Source of the DNA: an uncultured Acidobacteriaceae bacterium
GTDB lineage: Bacteria; Acidobacteriota; Terriglobia; Bryobacterales; Bryobacteraceae
DNA: 64,000 bases
Assembly: GCA_963842195.1 (NCBI GenBank)
Contig: CAWJFN010000006.1
Coordinates: 6,320-70,319, forward strand
Reading direction: 5' to 3'
Part shown: in pieces, positions 50,475-59,315 of the stretch
Layout: each line of letters begins with the position of its first letter
Position numbering within the stretch: the stretch's first letter is position 1
Translations under genes and position numbers: made by a program
The notes under the pieces: generated by a model
The model's input: only the letters and a program-made list of their open reading frames with translations
The model's database searches: none
What the model was told of the DNA's origin: nothing

Positions 50475-51503
50475 CTACCTGGCTCCGCCTTCATCCTGGA
50501 ACCAGATTCCCGTGCTGCCCAGCAGCGTCGGATAAGAGATTGCATATCCGTTGTTGTCAAGCATCGTTACTTGGAGCGCAGACGCAGAGCCGGGCGTATA
50601 AGTCGTGTAACTCCATGTGTAGGCGTAGCAGTCGGAGAAGTAATCCGAAATGTAGTTGGTCAAAGTCGCGAGGCCGCCGTTCACGCCCGGCCGCTCAACT
50701 ACCCATTCAGCGCTGTTTCCCACCAGGTAAGTTCCGGAAGGAGCGGTAAACCCGACTTCGACTGTCTGATTGGTGTTGTAGTTAACGTAGTAGGCGTAAC
50801 CCTGGGTTGAGCTGGTGTTCCATACTTCCAGGAATATGTCGTCTCCGGGATTTACGGGAAAGTTGCTGATCCGTACCGAACCAGCCGGGTACCATTCAAA
50901 CCACGGCGAATAAAAAGTGCTGCTAATCAAGCCGCCCAAGGCGCAGAACGCGTCGGACTCAGTACCGCCTTGCAGCACATCGCCGCTTCCCCAACCATCG
51001 ATTCCGATCCAGCTGGAAGAATAATCCCAGCCGCCGGTGCATGCGCCGTACGCTTGCGTTGCTACGGGCACGACATAATCGGTAAGGAGAAAATAAAACG
51101 AGTTTGACTGATTGTAAGAACGCGCCGGCGTCAAATTGACGGAGGCGCTCCAGTTGTTCGATGTGCCCGTGAAGTTATCGGTCTTGGACAGTTTGCTTGC
51201 TCCGTGAAAGACGTCCGTCAATTGCAGTTCCGGAGTAATTCGCACCTTGGAAGCACGCATGGCTCGCACCCACTTGGCATAACTGTCGGGGTGTTCGTTC
51301 GCATCGGGCCGCGGCGGGAATCCATAAATGGCTAGCTCTTCATCGGAGGCCTCAACCGGATTGAATCCCTCAGGAGGGTGAATCGCCGTAGTCACTCCCG
51401 GTAAGTTGGTCGGCATACGGTTTGCCATGTTATCGGCCGCTTGAGCAAGCGGCATGGCGGTGAGTAGCGCGGCTAGGGCGATCATCAAGTTACTTCGTTT
51501 CAT
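50475..51503 (-). CDS. secreted peptidase family G1 (eqolisin / scytalidoglutamic-type glutamic peptidase) with propeptide
   Basis: Signal peptide MKRSNLMIALAALLTAMPLAQA. G1 motifs SNNWSAS, SSWIGIDGWGSGDVLQGGTE (catalytic Gln context), WFEWYP, AEWVVERP (catalytic Glu context). Start trimmed to the ATG with an AAGGA RBS. Confidence 0.75.
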   Translation of the reverse strand: MKRSNLMIALAALLTAMPLAQAADNMANRMPTNLPGVTTAIHPPEGFNPVEASDEELAIYGFPPRPDANEHPDSYAKWVRAMRASKVRITPELQLTDVFHGASKLSKTDNFTGTSNNWSASVNLTPARSYNQSNSFYFLLTDYVVPVATQAYGACTGGWDYSSSWIGIDGWGSGDVLQGGTESDAFCALGGLISSTFYSPWFEWYPAGSVRISNFPVNPGDDIFLEVWNTSSTQGYAYYVNYNTNQTVEVGFTAPSGTYLVGNSAEWVVERPGVNGGLATLTNYISDYFSDCYAYTWSYTTYTPGSASALQVTMLDNNGYAISYPTLLGSTGIWFQDEGGAR

Positions 51504-52095
51504 GTTTAGGTCCTTTTCTTGTATTTGCGCTCGCGGCATGACCGGACACCTGCTCTTCCCGAGGCAGTTTGTTCGTTCGCGATCTTGCGCAGTTGGCACC
51601 GCGGGTAGACGGATTGAGGTGTTTTCACGGGTGCCGAACCGATGCAACGCGCCGCTGAGCGCCGTGGCGCAACAGTGCAGTTTCACAACCGGTGGTCAAC
51701 GCCCTGTGTTTTCAGTCCTGTGAGACTTTGGTACGGCGCGTGAAGTAGTACAAGGAAGTTAAGGCCGCAGAGTATGTCGGATAAATCCGATCAGCGGAAC
51801 CTCGCGTGCGTGACGTCCCCGGGTCGCGACCCTCTCGCCACTATCACACCCGATAGGGGCAATCAGATTTTCCTGAGAGGATCGCCACCCGCCCGGCACA
51901 AATAGGTTGTATGTTTCAAAACTCAAACTTGTTTTTCAAGCCCGTTTTGCTTGGCATTCTGCCGTCTTTCGCCCTTTGGGCCTTGGTGGTTCCGATGGCG
52001 CTCAGGCTCAGCTAGCGGTCGTTCATCGCGAAATTCTTGCGGACCGGGCCGACGGGCGTAGCCCTGCGCGGTTGACGCACAGGGCTCCTCGTCCG

Positions 52096-53301
52096 CTATG
52101 GGAGCGCCAGGTATCCGTAAACGTCGACCACGAGATGAGTCGTGTTCGACACAAAAGCATCGTCGGCTTGGCCGGGGCTTGTCGGAAGGATCGCCAGATT
52201 CGACGTAACCTGGCCATCGAGCGCGTTCAGCGTCGAAACGGAAGGAACTCCAGGCTCGCCTCCTCCCGTATCTCCGAACATGGTCAAGTAACCAAGTGGC
52301 CCGGGCGGGACCGCGGTAGCGTTTACCCAAACTCCTTGCGCGCCGCTCGGGACGCCGCAAGCCGCGCCCAGAATCGGAATCTCGGTCGTACTTTGGCCCG
52401 CAAGCGGTGTTCCAGGCGATTGACGGGAATCGAACGCCCGGCAGGGAGCTTGGGTAACCATGGCGAGCCCACCTGGAGCAGGAGCAGCAAAGTAGCCCAC
52501 CACATCAATCACGAGATCCGTGTCGTTACTGGCTATTGCGTTGATCTGCCCGTCTGAGCCCGGCGGAACTACCGCCAGGTTGGCGGTTGTTTGCCCGGTC
52601 GGCGCGTTTAAGGCCGATACGATTGGCGCACTCTGTCCGTTATTCGGCCACAGAGTGACGTAGCCCAGCGGTCCATGCGGAACGGCAGTAACGTTCAGCA
52701 CGTAAGCGGCGGCACTAGAAGGAGCCCCACAACCACTCGAATTGATTGGAAATAATCGGGATTGTCCGGCCGCCAAGCTGGGACCTCCCAGCACGCCCAC
52801 CGGGTCACGCGTATCCGCTGCGCGGCACGGGGCCACTGGAAAGAACGCGCACGATCCCGGCGTGCCCTCCGGCACAAAATAGCCGTTTACGTCGAGCACT
52901 ACATCCGTGTCGTTGCTTGCAAAAATGCTGACTGTGCCTTCGGCCGCACTCCCCGAAATCATCACAGCATTCGCCTTTACTCTTCCATCCAGCGAATTCA
53001 GCACAGATGTCTGCGGTTGTGTGGTGTCCGGCTGCCATACCGTCAGATAGCCCAAAGGCCCTCTCGGTACTGCGGTCACGTTAAGCGAAAACCCCAATGC
53101 CGCGGTTGGGATCCCGCACGGTACCGAGCGAATTGGGAACTCTCGGCTCGTCCCGGCGCTCATCATCGGGCCGCCGGTCGGGCCGGTTGGACCGCGCGTG
53201 TCCGCTACCCGGCAAGGCGGAACCGGAACAAAGTAATAGGGATTCTGCGCAAATACCGGCAGCGCGCAAAGCGAGCCGGCAACAAACAAAAACTTATGCA
53301 T
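52096..53301 (-). CDS. secreted protein made of three tandem ~130 aa Cys-pair repeats (PCRxxDTR ... CGxP ... LNVTAVP.GPLGYLT ... DVxGYF); paralog A
   Basis: Signal peptide MHKFLFVAGSLCALPVFAQ (GAGG RBS). The three internally homologous repeats are read directly from the translation. No family name recognised. Confidence 0.8.
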   Translation of the reverse strand: MHKFLFVAGSLCALPVFAQNPYYFVPVPPCRVADTRGPTGPTGGPMMSAGTSREFPIRSVPCGIPTAALGFSLNVTAVPRGPLGYLTVWQPDTTQPQTSVLNSLDGRVKANAVMISGSAAEGTVSIFASNDTDVVLDVNGYFVPEGTPGSCAFFPVAPCRAADTRDPVGVLGGPSLAAGQSRLFPINSSGCGAPSSAAAYVLNVTAVPHGPLGYVTLWPNNGQSAPIVSALNAPTGQTTANLAVVPPGSDGQINAIASNDTDLVIDVVGYFAAPAPGGLAMVTQAPCRAFDSRQSPGTPLAGQSTTEIPILGAACGVPSGAQGVWVNATAVPPGPLGYLTMFGDTGGGEPGVPSVSTLNALDGQVTSNLAILPTSPGQADDAFVSNTTHLVVDVYGYLALP

Positions 53302-53572
53302 GAAACCTCGCACAAAAAATCAGGAATCTGTCAGCAGCGCTTGCTTAGAGTCGCCGCACAGGATGATGGTATTAGAGATCGGTCCTGTTGTCAGGTACCA
53401 TGACGTACTACCCTTACTCGACCTGTACCCCCGGCCAGACCGGGCGAACTTCCCATTCTCGCCGCAAACGTGCCATATGATCCCGGAGTACGCTGGAGTG
53501 CTAATCCGGTCAGCTCTCGCCGGTATCGGATAAATCTGTCGCGAGCGTTTTCTCCTGGGCGGCACACTGATA

Positions 53573-54454
53573 TTGGTCTCGGTTTTGCACTCCTCAGCCA
53601 CAAGCTCGCTCAGTGACATCTTTATCAGCCTCGCGGAGTCCGACGTCGGCAAGTTCACTTTGTTCTTCCGGCGCCTGAGAGAAGATTATCCTCATGAGGC
53701 CATCCTCCTCTCGCTTAAGTACTTGTCGGGACACGAACTAGATACCGCGGCGCGCCAAATCACCGTTTGGCTGAGCGGTGGAGACCGCTACCTCGCCGTA
53801 CTCCTTGATCCCGATCTTCTGTCGTCGAAGGAAGCGGGACGCGCGGCAGCCATTCTGCGCGACACTGACCGGGAGTTCTTCTCGAAGCTGTCGCAACGGA
53901 ACGAGCAGAATCAAACCTCCCCCCGGCTAATCGGACAAGCTCTCTCGATTCTTGAAGATCTCGGCGACCTCACGCTTCTGGTTCCTTGGCTCCGTATGCT
54001 GACAAGACATCGGGATGAGCGCATCCGATCGAAAGCAGTCAAGATTCTGTGCAAAGCACGGCCGAACAAGGAATTGATTGCACGTCAACTCCAATCTGAA
54101 GATCCGCGGGCGCGAGCCAACGCTGTAGAGGCCATGTGGAACACAGAAACTCCGGAAGCATTGGACGTCTTTCATTCGGCATTGCACGACCCTAATCATC
54201 GCGTGGTCGCAAACGCCCTGGTAGGTCTTTACATTCACGAAGAGCAATCTGCGATTACTCGGATTACCGAACTGGGAAACCATCCGTCCCCTGCATTTCG
54301 TGCCGCTGCGGCATGGGCTCTGGGACAGATTCGGGATCGACGGGGCCTTCCTGCGCTTGCTGCTCTCGCAAAGGACGCGTCACCTCAGGTGAGAAAAGGA
54401 GCTTTGAAGTCGCTCACCCTTTTTCCCGCAGAAGGTGGCGAGCAAGGGCTTTAG
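53573..54454 (+). CDS. HEAT-repeat protein
   Basis: Repeated HEAT/PBS-lyase-like units (DERIRSKAVKIL, EDPRARANAVEAM, DPNHRVVANALVGL, PSPAFRAAAAWALGQI, ASPQVRKGALKSL). The start (TTG in the ORF track) is uncertain. Confidence 0.65.
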   Translation: MVSVLHSSATSSLSDIFISLAESDVGKFTLFFRRLREDYPHEAILLSLKYLSGHELDTAARQITVWLSGGDRYLAVLLDPDLLSSKEAGRAAAILRDTDREFFSKLSQRNEQNQTSPRLIGQALSILEDLGDLTLLVPWLRMLTRHRDERIRSKAVKILCKARPNKELIARQLQSEDPRARANAVEAMWNTETPEALDVFHSALHDPNHRVVANALVGLYIHEEQSAITRITELGNHPSPAFRAAAAWALGQIRDRRGLPALAALAKDASPQVRKGALKSLTLFPAEGGEQGL

Positions 54455-54604
54455 CGGACGGTCTTCTCACGGCAACGACCTCAACCCCAACACCGGGGCC
54501 TTGTCCCCACAGGCGAACAAGCGCCTCAATCCTCTTATATTTGTGATCGCAAGAAACTTTGTCGGAGTACGTCATCGAAGTACGTCTATTGGGTAGAATA
54601 CTTT

Positions 54605-56152
54605 TTGCGAGTACATATAATCAATCCCAGCGACACGGCGTTCGGCACCGCAGTGATCACGCCGCGCTGGTTGTTTGTCCTGGCCGCTGCGACGTCCTCC
54701 CGGTATGGCGATCCGGTCCTCTGCGACGAGACTTTAGAAGCTCTCGATCCTGCCACCATTCAGGCCGGCGACGTCGTGGGCATCGGTATCCACACCGGTA
54801 ACGCTCTCCGAGGCTACAGCACCGGCCGGCTGGCCCGCGAACGTGGGGCAACCGTGATCTTCGGCGGCATACACGCTACTCTGTATCCCGAAGAAGCGTT
54901 TGAACACGGTGCGGCTCACTGCGTCGTTCGCGGAGACGGCGACCTCGCTTGGGGCGAAGCCCTGAACGATCATGCGTCTGGCTGCCTTCAACGCATCTAT
55001 GAGGGTGGTCGCGTCGAGCCGAGTCAGTTTCAGCGCGCACGCTGGGACCTTCTCACGCCGGAGCATTACATCTGGGGGTCAGTGCAAACGGTTCGCGGTT
55101 GCGCCAAGCATTGCTCGTTCTGTTCCGTGTGGCGAACCGATGGACAGCGTCCCCGGCAGCGCGCGTCGGATCCGGTGATCGAGGAAATCGTCGAGCTTCG
55201 ACGCCGAGGTTTGCGCTTCATCGCGCTAGCCGACGACAACTTTTATCCCGTGTCTCTGACCGACATACGGCAAGCTGAGAGGCAGCAGAACCACGCCAAA
55301 GTCGCGCAGCTTCGGGCGGCGCGAGAGGAGCGCTTCGAGTTGATGGCGCGCCTGGCGGAATTGCCATCCGATCTGATTTTTTTTACCCAGATCACAATGG
55401 AAGCGGCCGAGGACCCCGAGTTTCTCGACGCCATGCGGCGCGCCCACATCAAGGGCGCACTGGTGGGCGTCGAGGCCGTTACGCCCGAGGGGCTCAAGGC
55501 TGTTTTCAAAGATTTCAACTGCTCCGGCGAGAACCTCGTGCAGCGGCTGCGCCTATTTAAAGAACATGGCGTACACGTCCTCGGCTCATTCATTTTTGGT
55601 CTGCCGACGGACCGCGAGGATACTTTCGCGGCCACGGAAGCGCTGGCCGAGCGTGCCGATTTGACGTTCGCGCAATTCGTGATGCTAACGCCGTTCGCCG
55701 GGACGGTGGACTTCGAGCGCTGGGAGCGGGCGCAAGGAGATCACCCGCCGCAAGTGGAAGGCGTACCTATCACGCGCTATTGGCTCATTCCCGCCGACAA
55801 GCGTCCCAAGATGTTCATGCCGCACCCGATCATGGGCTCGGACGAGATGCGCGCGCGCACGCAGGCCGTGTGGGACCGTTTTTATCGCATGCGAACGGTG
55901 TGGCAGCGCTCCCGTTGCACGCCGAACCTGCGAGCACGATTGGCGTTCGTGTTCATTTCCAAACTGTACCGGCAGATGTACGCCAGCACAGGCATTGCTA
56001 CCGACAGCGCGCGTCGCGAGCGGGCCAACTGGTGGGCCCGGCGAATTGCCAAGATCACCCGCCGGTTCTTTCAAGCGCGGCCGATGCCAGAATTGCAGGT
56101 CCCATCCCGGAACCAGGAACGCGCTCCCAATCCGCTGCAAATCGTTTCTTAG
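54605..56152 (+). CDS. B12-binding-domain radical SAM protein (class B rSAM, function unknown)
   Basis: N-terminal Rossmann-like B12-binding region (DVVGIGIHTGNALRG...VIFGGIHATL...VVRGDGD) and the radical SAM cluster motif RGCAKHCSFCSVW (CxxxCxxC). TTG start as in the ORF track. Confidence 0.75.
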   Translation: MRVHIINPSDTAFGTAVITPRWLFVLAAATSSRYGDPVLCDETLEALDPATIQAGDVVGIGIHTGNALRGYSTGRLARERGATVIFGGIHATLYPEEAFEHGAAHCVVRGDGDLAWGEALNDHASGCLQRIYEGGRVEPSQFQRARWDLLTPEHYIWGSVQTVRGCAKHCSFCSVWRTDGQRPRQRASDPVIEEIVELRRRGLRFIALADDNFYPVSLTDIRQAERQQNHAKVAQLRAAREERFELMARLAELPSDLIFFTQITMEAAEDPEFLDAMRRAHIKGALVGVEAVTPEGLKAVFKDFNCSGENLVQRLRLFKEHGVHVLGSFIFGLPTDREDTFAATEALAERADLTFAQFVMLTPFAGTVDFERWERAQGDHPPQVEGVPITRYWLIPADKRPKMFMPHPIMGSDEMRARTQAVWDRFYRMRTVWQRSRCTPNLRARLAFVFISKLYRQMYASTGIATDSARRERANWWARRIAKITRRFFQARPMPELQVPSRNQERAPNPLQIVS

Positions 56153-56246
56153 GGAGCGCGGCAAAGCTCCATTCGGGCGGCTGCCAGATGCCTCACTCGC
56201 CCATAAGCGCACGCGAGTTTCGTTGCGTCCGCCAGTTCGCCGAAGC

Positions 56247-56274
56247 TTGTGCGCTCTCCCGTTGCGTGTATAAT
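56247..56274 (+). promoter_or_regulatory. candidate sigma-70-type promoter upstream of the PAS kinase
   Basis: TTGTGC (56247-52), a 16-nt spacer, then a perfect TATAAT (56269-74), followed by the hairpin CTCCAG...CTGGAG. Confidence 0.3.
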
Positions 56275-56745
56275 CTCCAGAAACCCCTTATTTCCCTGGA
56301 GGCCTCTGTTTGCTTGAACCCGATCGGACTTACACCGTTACTGAGCTAATCGAGATCTTTGAACAATGCCCCGAAGAAGAATCGGGCCTGCCGCGACATG
56401 ATGGCGCCGCCACCGAAACCTCTTCTCTTAGGGAGGAAATGTTGAAGGTCTTGCATCTTGTCAAACGCTGGAGCGGTGTTACGCATAGAAAGGCGGCCCG
56501 CGCTCCTGGAACCGCGCACAGCGTCGCAAGGGCAAGTGGAGCCTGATCGCAATGCAACGTAAAAAGGGGCAGCGAACGGCTGCACTTGGGTCGGCACACA
56601 TGTAGTTGCGGATGGCGGAAGGTTCTGGCGCATCAAACACGCAAAGTGTCTGTGCCGTTGAGGCGTCGCTCGGAAACCGGGTTCTCATCTGAGCGACCGA
56701 TACGGTGTATACATTAATGGGTCGGGCAACCAGTTAAGCCTTACC

Positions 56746-57831
56746 ATGGAGGCCCTTCCATCAGTGCAGAAGCAGCACGATCTATACCGCGAACAGGTTG
56801 CGCAGTTGAAGGACTACGCAATTTTTTCTGTCGATTCAGACGGAAAAATACAGACATGGAACGCCGGCGTCGAGCATTTGCTGGGGTATTCCGAAGCGGA
56901 ATGGATCAACCAACACGTTTCCATCATCTTTACACCCGCCGACCAGGCGATTGCTCTCTGCGAGGCCGAAATGCGTATCGCACGCGAGCAGGGGACGGCG
57001 TCTGACATTCGTTGGCATAGGAAAAAGGACGGAACAGAGCTCTTTGCGAACGGCGTAATCAACGCAACTTACGATGCAACAGGTAAGCTGCTCGGCTTTA
57101 CAAAGGTTATCTCCGACGAAACCGAGCGGAAACGTCTGGAAGATTCGCTGCTGGCGGCCAATACGGCACTCGAACACTTTGCCTATGCGGCCAGTCATGA
57201 TCTGCAGGAGCCTCTCCGAACCATCGCCACTTACGCTCAATTTCTTCTCAGGAACGAACGGGACCAACTGACCCCTGCCGGCATCGAATATCTGGCTCTC
57301 ATCACCGGCTCAATTCACAAGATGACCGCGCTCGTGCAGGACTTGTTGACCTACGCGCGCGCCGGAATGCGAGAAGAGCCAACCATCTCTGTATCGCTCG
57401 ACGAAGAAGTGGAAGCTGCCGTTTCCCAATTGGCGGGCGCCGTTCAGGAAAGCGGGGCTGTTGTCACACACGATCCTCTACCAACTGTCACTGCCGAGCA
57501 CGGCCTCGTTACTCGCCTTTTTCTAAATCTGATCGGCAATGCCATCAAGTACAGATCGCCCGATAGACCTTCGGAAGTTCACATTTCTGCTGCGCCTCAA
57601 GATGATCGCTGGACGACGGTTTCCATTGCAGACAATGGCATAGGCTTCCCGCAGAAATACGCCGAGGGCATTTTTAACCCGTTCACGCGCTTGCACGGTC
57701 AGGAGTATTCAGGCTCTGGGGTGGGCCTGGCCATCTGCCGGCGCATTGTAGAGCGATGGGGTGGTCGAATTTGGGCCGAGTCCAGCCCGGGTGAGGGATC
57801 GACTTTTCGGTTCACCGTACCTCGAGCTTGA
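56746..57831 (+). CDS. soluble PAS-domain sensor histidine kinase
   Basis: PAS (DYAIFSVDSDGKIQTWNAGVEHLLGYSEAEW...), H-box FAYAASHDLQEPLRTI, N/G boxes (NLIGNAIKY, DNGIGF, GSGVGLAICRRIV). No TM segment, no receiver domain, and no response regulator nearby. Confidence 0.85.
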   Translation: MEALPSVQKQHDLYREQVAQLKDYAIFSVDSDGKIQTWNAGVEHLLGYSEAEWINQHVSIIFTPADQAIALCEAEMRIAREQGTASDIRWHRKKDGTELFANGVINATYDATGKLLGFTKVISDETERKRLEDSLLAANTALEHFAYAASHDLQEPLRTIATYAQFLLRNERDQLTPAGIEYLALITGSIHKMTALVQDLLTYARAGMREEPTISVSLDEEVEAAVSQLAGAVQESGAVVTHDPLPTVTAEHGLVTRLFLNLIGNAIKYRSPDRPSEVHISAAPQDDRWTTVSIADNGIGFPQKYAEGIFNPFTRLHGQEYSGSGVGLAICRRIVERWGGRIWAESSPGEGSTFRFTVPRA

Positions 57832-57903
57832 CCTTCGAGAGGACATCGCGAGATTGCGCGGGCGACCCGCCGTGGGCCATTCACTTGCCTTCGCGTGTAT
57901 AGC

Positions 57904-59115
57904 TTACGGTAGCGACCAGAACCCGTACACGTCGAGGACCACATGCGTCGGGTTCGACACGAATACGTCATCGGCAGCGCCCGGCGCCGTAGGAAGAATC
58001 GCGAAGTTCGACGTGATCTGTCCATCGAGCGCGTTCAGCGTGGAAACGGGTGGAACCGGAGTTTCGCCGCCTCCCTGATCGCCGTAGATAGTCAAATAAC
58101 CCAGCGGGCCCGACGGAACGACCGTCGCGTTCACTAAAACGCCTTGAGCGTTGTTCGGAACGCCGCACGAGCCGCCCAGAATCTGAACCTCCGTCGTGCT
58201 TCCGCCGGACAACGGCGTTCCCGGCGACTCACGGGAATCGAATGCGCGGCAGAAAGGCTGTTGCGAAAAGGCCAGGCCGCCGCTTCCTGGAGCGGCAAAG
58301 TAGCCCAGCACATCGATCACCAGGTCACTATCGTTGGTTGCTATGGCATTGATCTGCCCGTCTGGGCCGGGCTGAACAATCGCCATATTTGCCGTGATTT
58401 GCCCGGTCGGTGCGTTCAAAGTCGATACTGGCGGAGCGCCTTGCCCATTATTCGACCAGAGGGTGAGATAGCCTAGCGGTCCGTGAGGCACAGCCGTGAC
58501 GTTCAGTACATAAGCGGCAGCACTAGCCGGAGCACCGCAGCCACTCGAATTGATTGGAAATAATCGAGCTTGTCCGGCACTCAGGCTGGGGCCTCCCAGC
58601 ACGCCCGCTGCCAGGCGCGTATCGGCCGCTCGGCACGGTGTCAACGGATAGAATGCGAACGTGCCCCCCGTCGCCTCAGGCATAAAGTAACCGTTCACGT
58701 CCACGATCAGATCCGTGTCGTTACGCGAGACAAAGTTGATGGTCCCTTCCGCGGGGTTCGACGGAACGATTGCCGCGTTTGCCTTGACTCTGCCATCCAC
58801 CGAATTCAGCAAGGATGTCACCGGCATCGGTATGTCCGCCCGCCAGACTCTCAGAAATGCCAGCGGCTCTTTCGGCACGACGGTGACGTTTAGCGAGTAC
58901 GCAGTTGCGCCGAGCGGAACGCCGCATGCAGTCGAAACGATCGGGAATTCCCGCGTCACTCCTGCCAGCAGAGAGGGCCCGCCAACACCGCCGTTTACGG
59001 GACCGCGTGTGTCGATGACCCGGCACGGAGGAATCGGCTTGAAATAATTCGCGTTAGTTTGCGCCAGCGCTGGCATGACGCAAAAAATGCTCACGAGAAG
59101 TATGGACCTAAGCAT
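57904..59115 (-). CDS. secreted three-repeat Cys-pair protein, paralog B of 52096-53301
   Basis: Signal peptide MLRSILLVSIFCVMPALAQ. Colinear with paralog A over its full length, with the same three repeats. Confidence 0.8.
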   Translation of the reverse strand: MLRSILLVSIFCVMPALAQTNANYFKPIPPCRVIDTRGPVNGGVGGPSLLAGVTREFPIVSTACGVPLGATAYSLNVTVVPKEPLAFLRVWRADIPMPVTSLLNSVDGRVKANAAIVPSNPAEGTINFVSRNDTDLIVDVNGYFMPEATGGTFAFYPLTPCRAADTRLAAGVLGGPSLSAGQARLFPINSSGCGAPASAAAYVLNVTAVPHGPLGYLTLWSNNGQGAPPVSTLNAPTGQITANMAIVQPGPDGQINAIATNDSDLVIDVLGYFAAPGSGGLAFSQQPFCRAFDSRESPGTPLSGGSTTEVQILGGSCGVPNNAQGVLVNATVVPSGPLGYLTIYGDQGGGETPVPPVSTLNALDGQITSNFAILPTAPGAADDVFVSNPTHVVLDVYGFWSLP

Positions 59116-59315
59116 AAATCCCCCCCAACATATCCCACTCTGCTCATGTACGGCAAGGAGTTGTTGTCACAGGCCCTCACAGATCCGCACGTTGGCTGTG
59201 CCCGCACCCACGCTGGTTTCCGTGAAATTATACTCGCGGCATCCGGGTGGACTGAGTGAGGCGCGCAGCAGGTAACGCCTCGGGTTGGGAGTCAATGAGG
59301 TCGAGAGAAGAAATA

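Noticed and set aside
51774-51908. 44 aa ATG ORF (MSDKSDQRNLACVTSPGRDPLATITPDRGNQIFLRGSPPARHK) in the gap between the G1 peptidase and paralog A.
   Set aside because: No RBS, no hydrophobic or Cys pattern suggestive of a peptide precursor, and no support available without homologs.
51907-53403. Plus-strand ORFs 51907-52557 (216 aa) and 52762-53403 (213 aa); similar ORFs at 58144-58893.
   Set aside because: They are antisense to the repeat-protein paralogs, Arg-rich and low-complexity. The minus-strand proteins have signal peptides and an internal repeat structure, so the plus-strand ORFs are spurious.
56310-56546. 78 aa TTG-initiated ORF between the rSAM and kinase genes; also a 35 aa ATG ORF at ~56439 preceded by GGGAGG.
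   Set aside because: No recognisable domain. The RBS spacing for the short ORF is only 2 nt. There is nothing to distinguish either from chance ORFs without comparative data, so they are mentioned in a finding but not called as genes.
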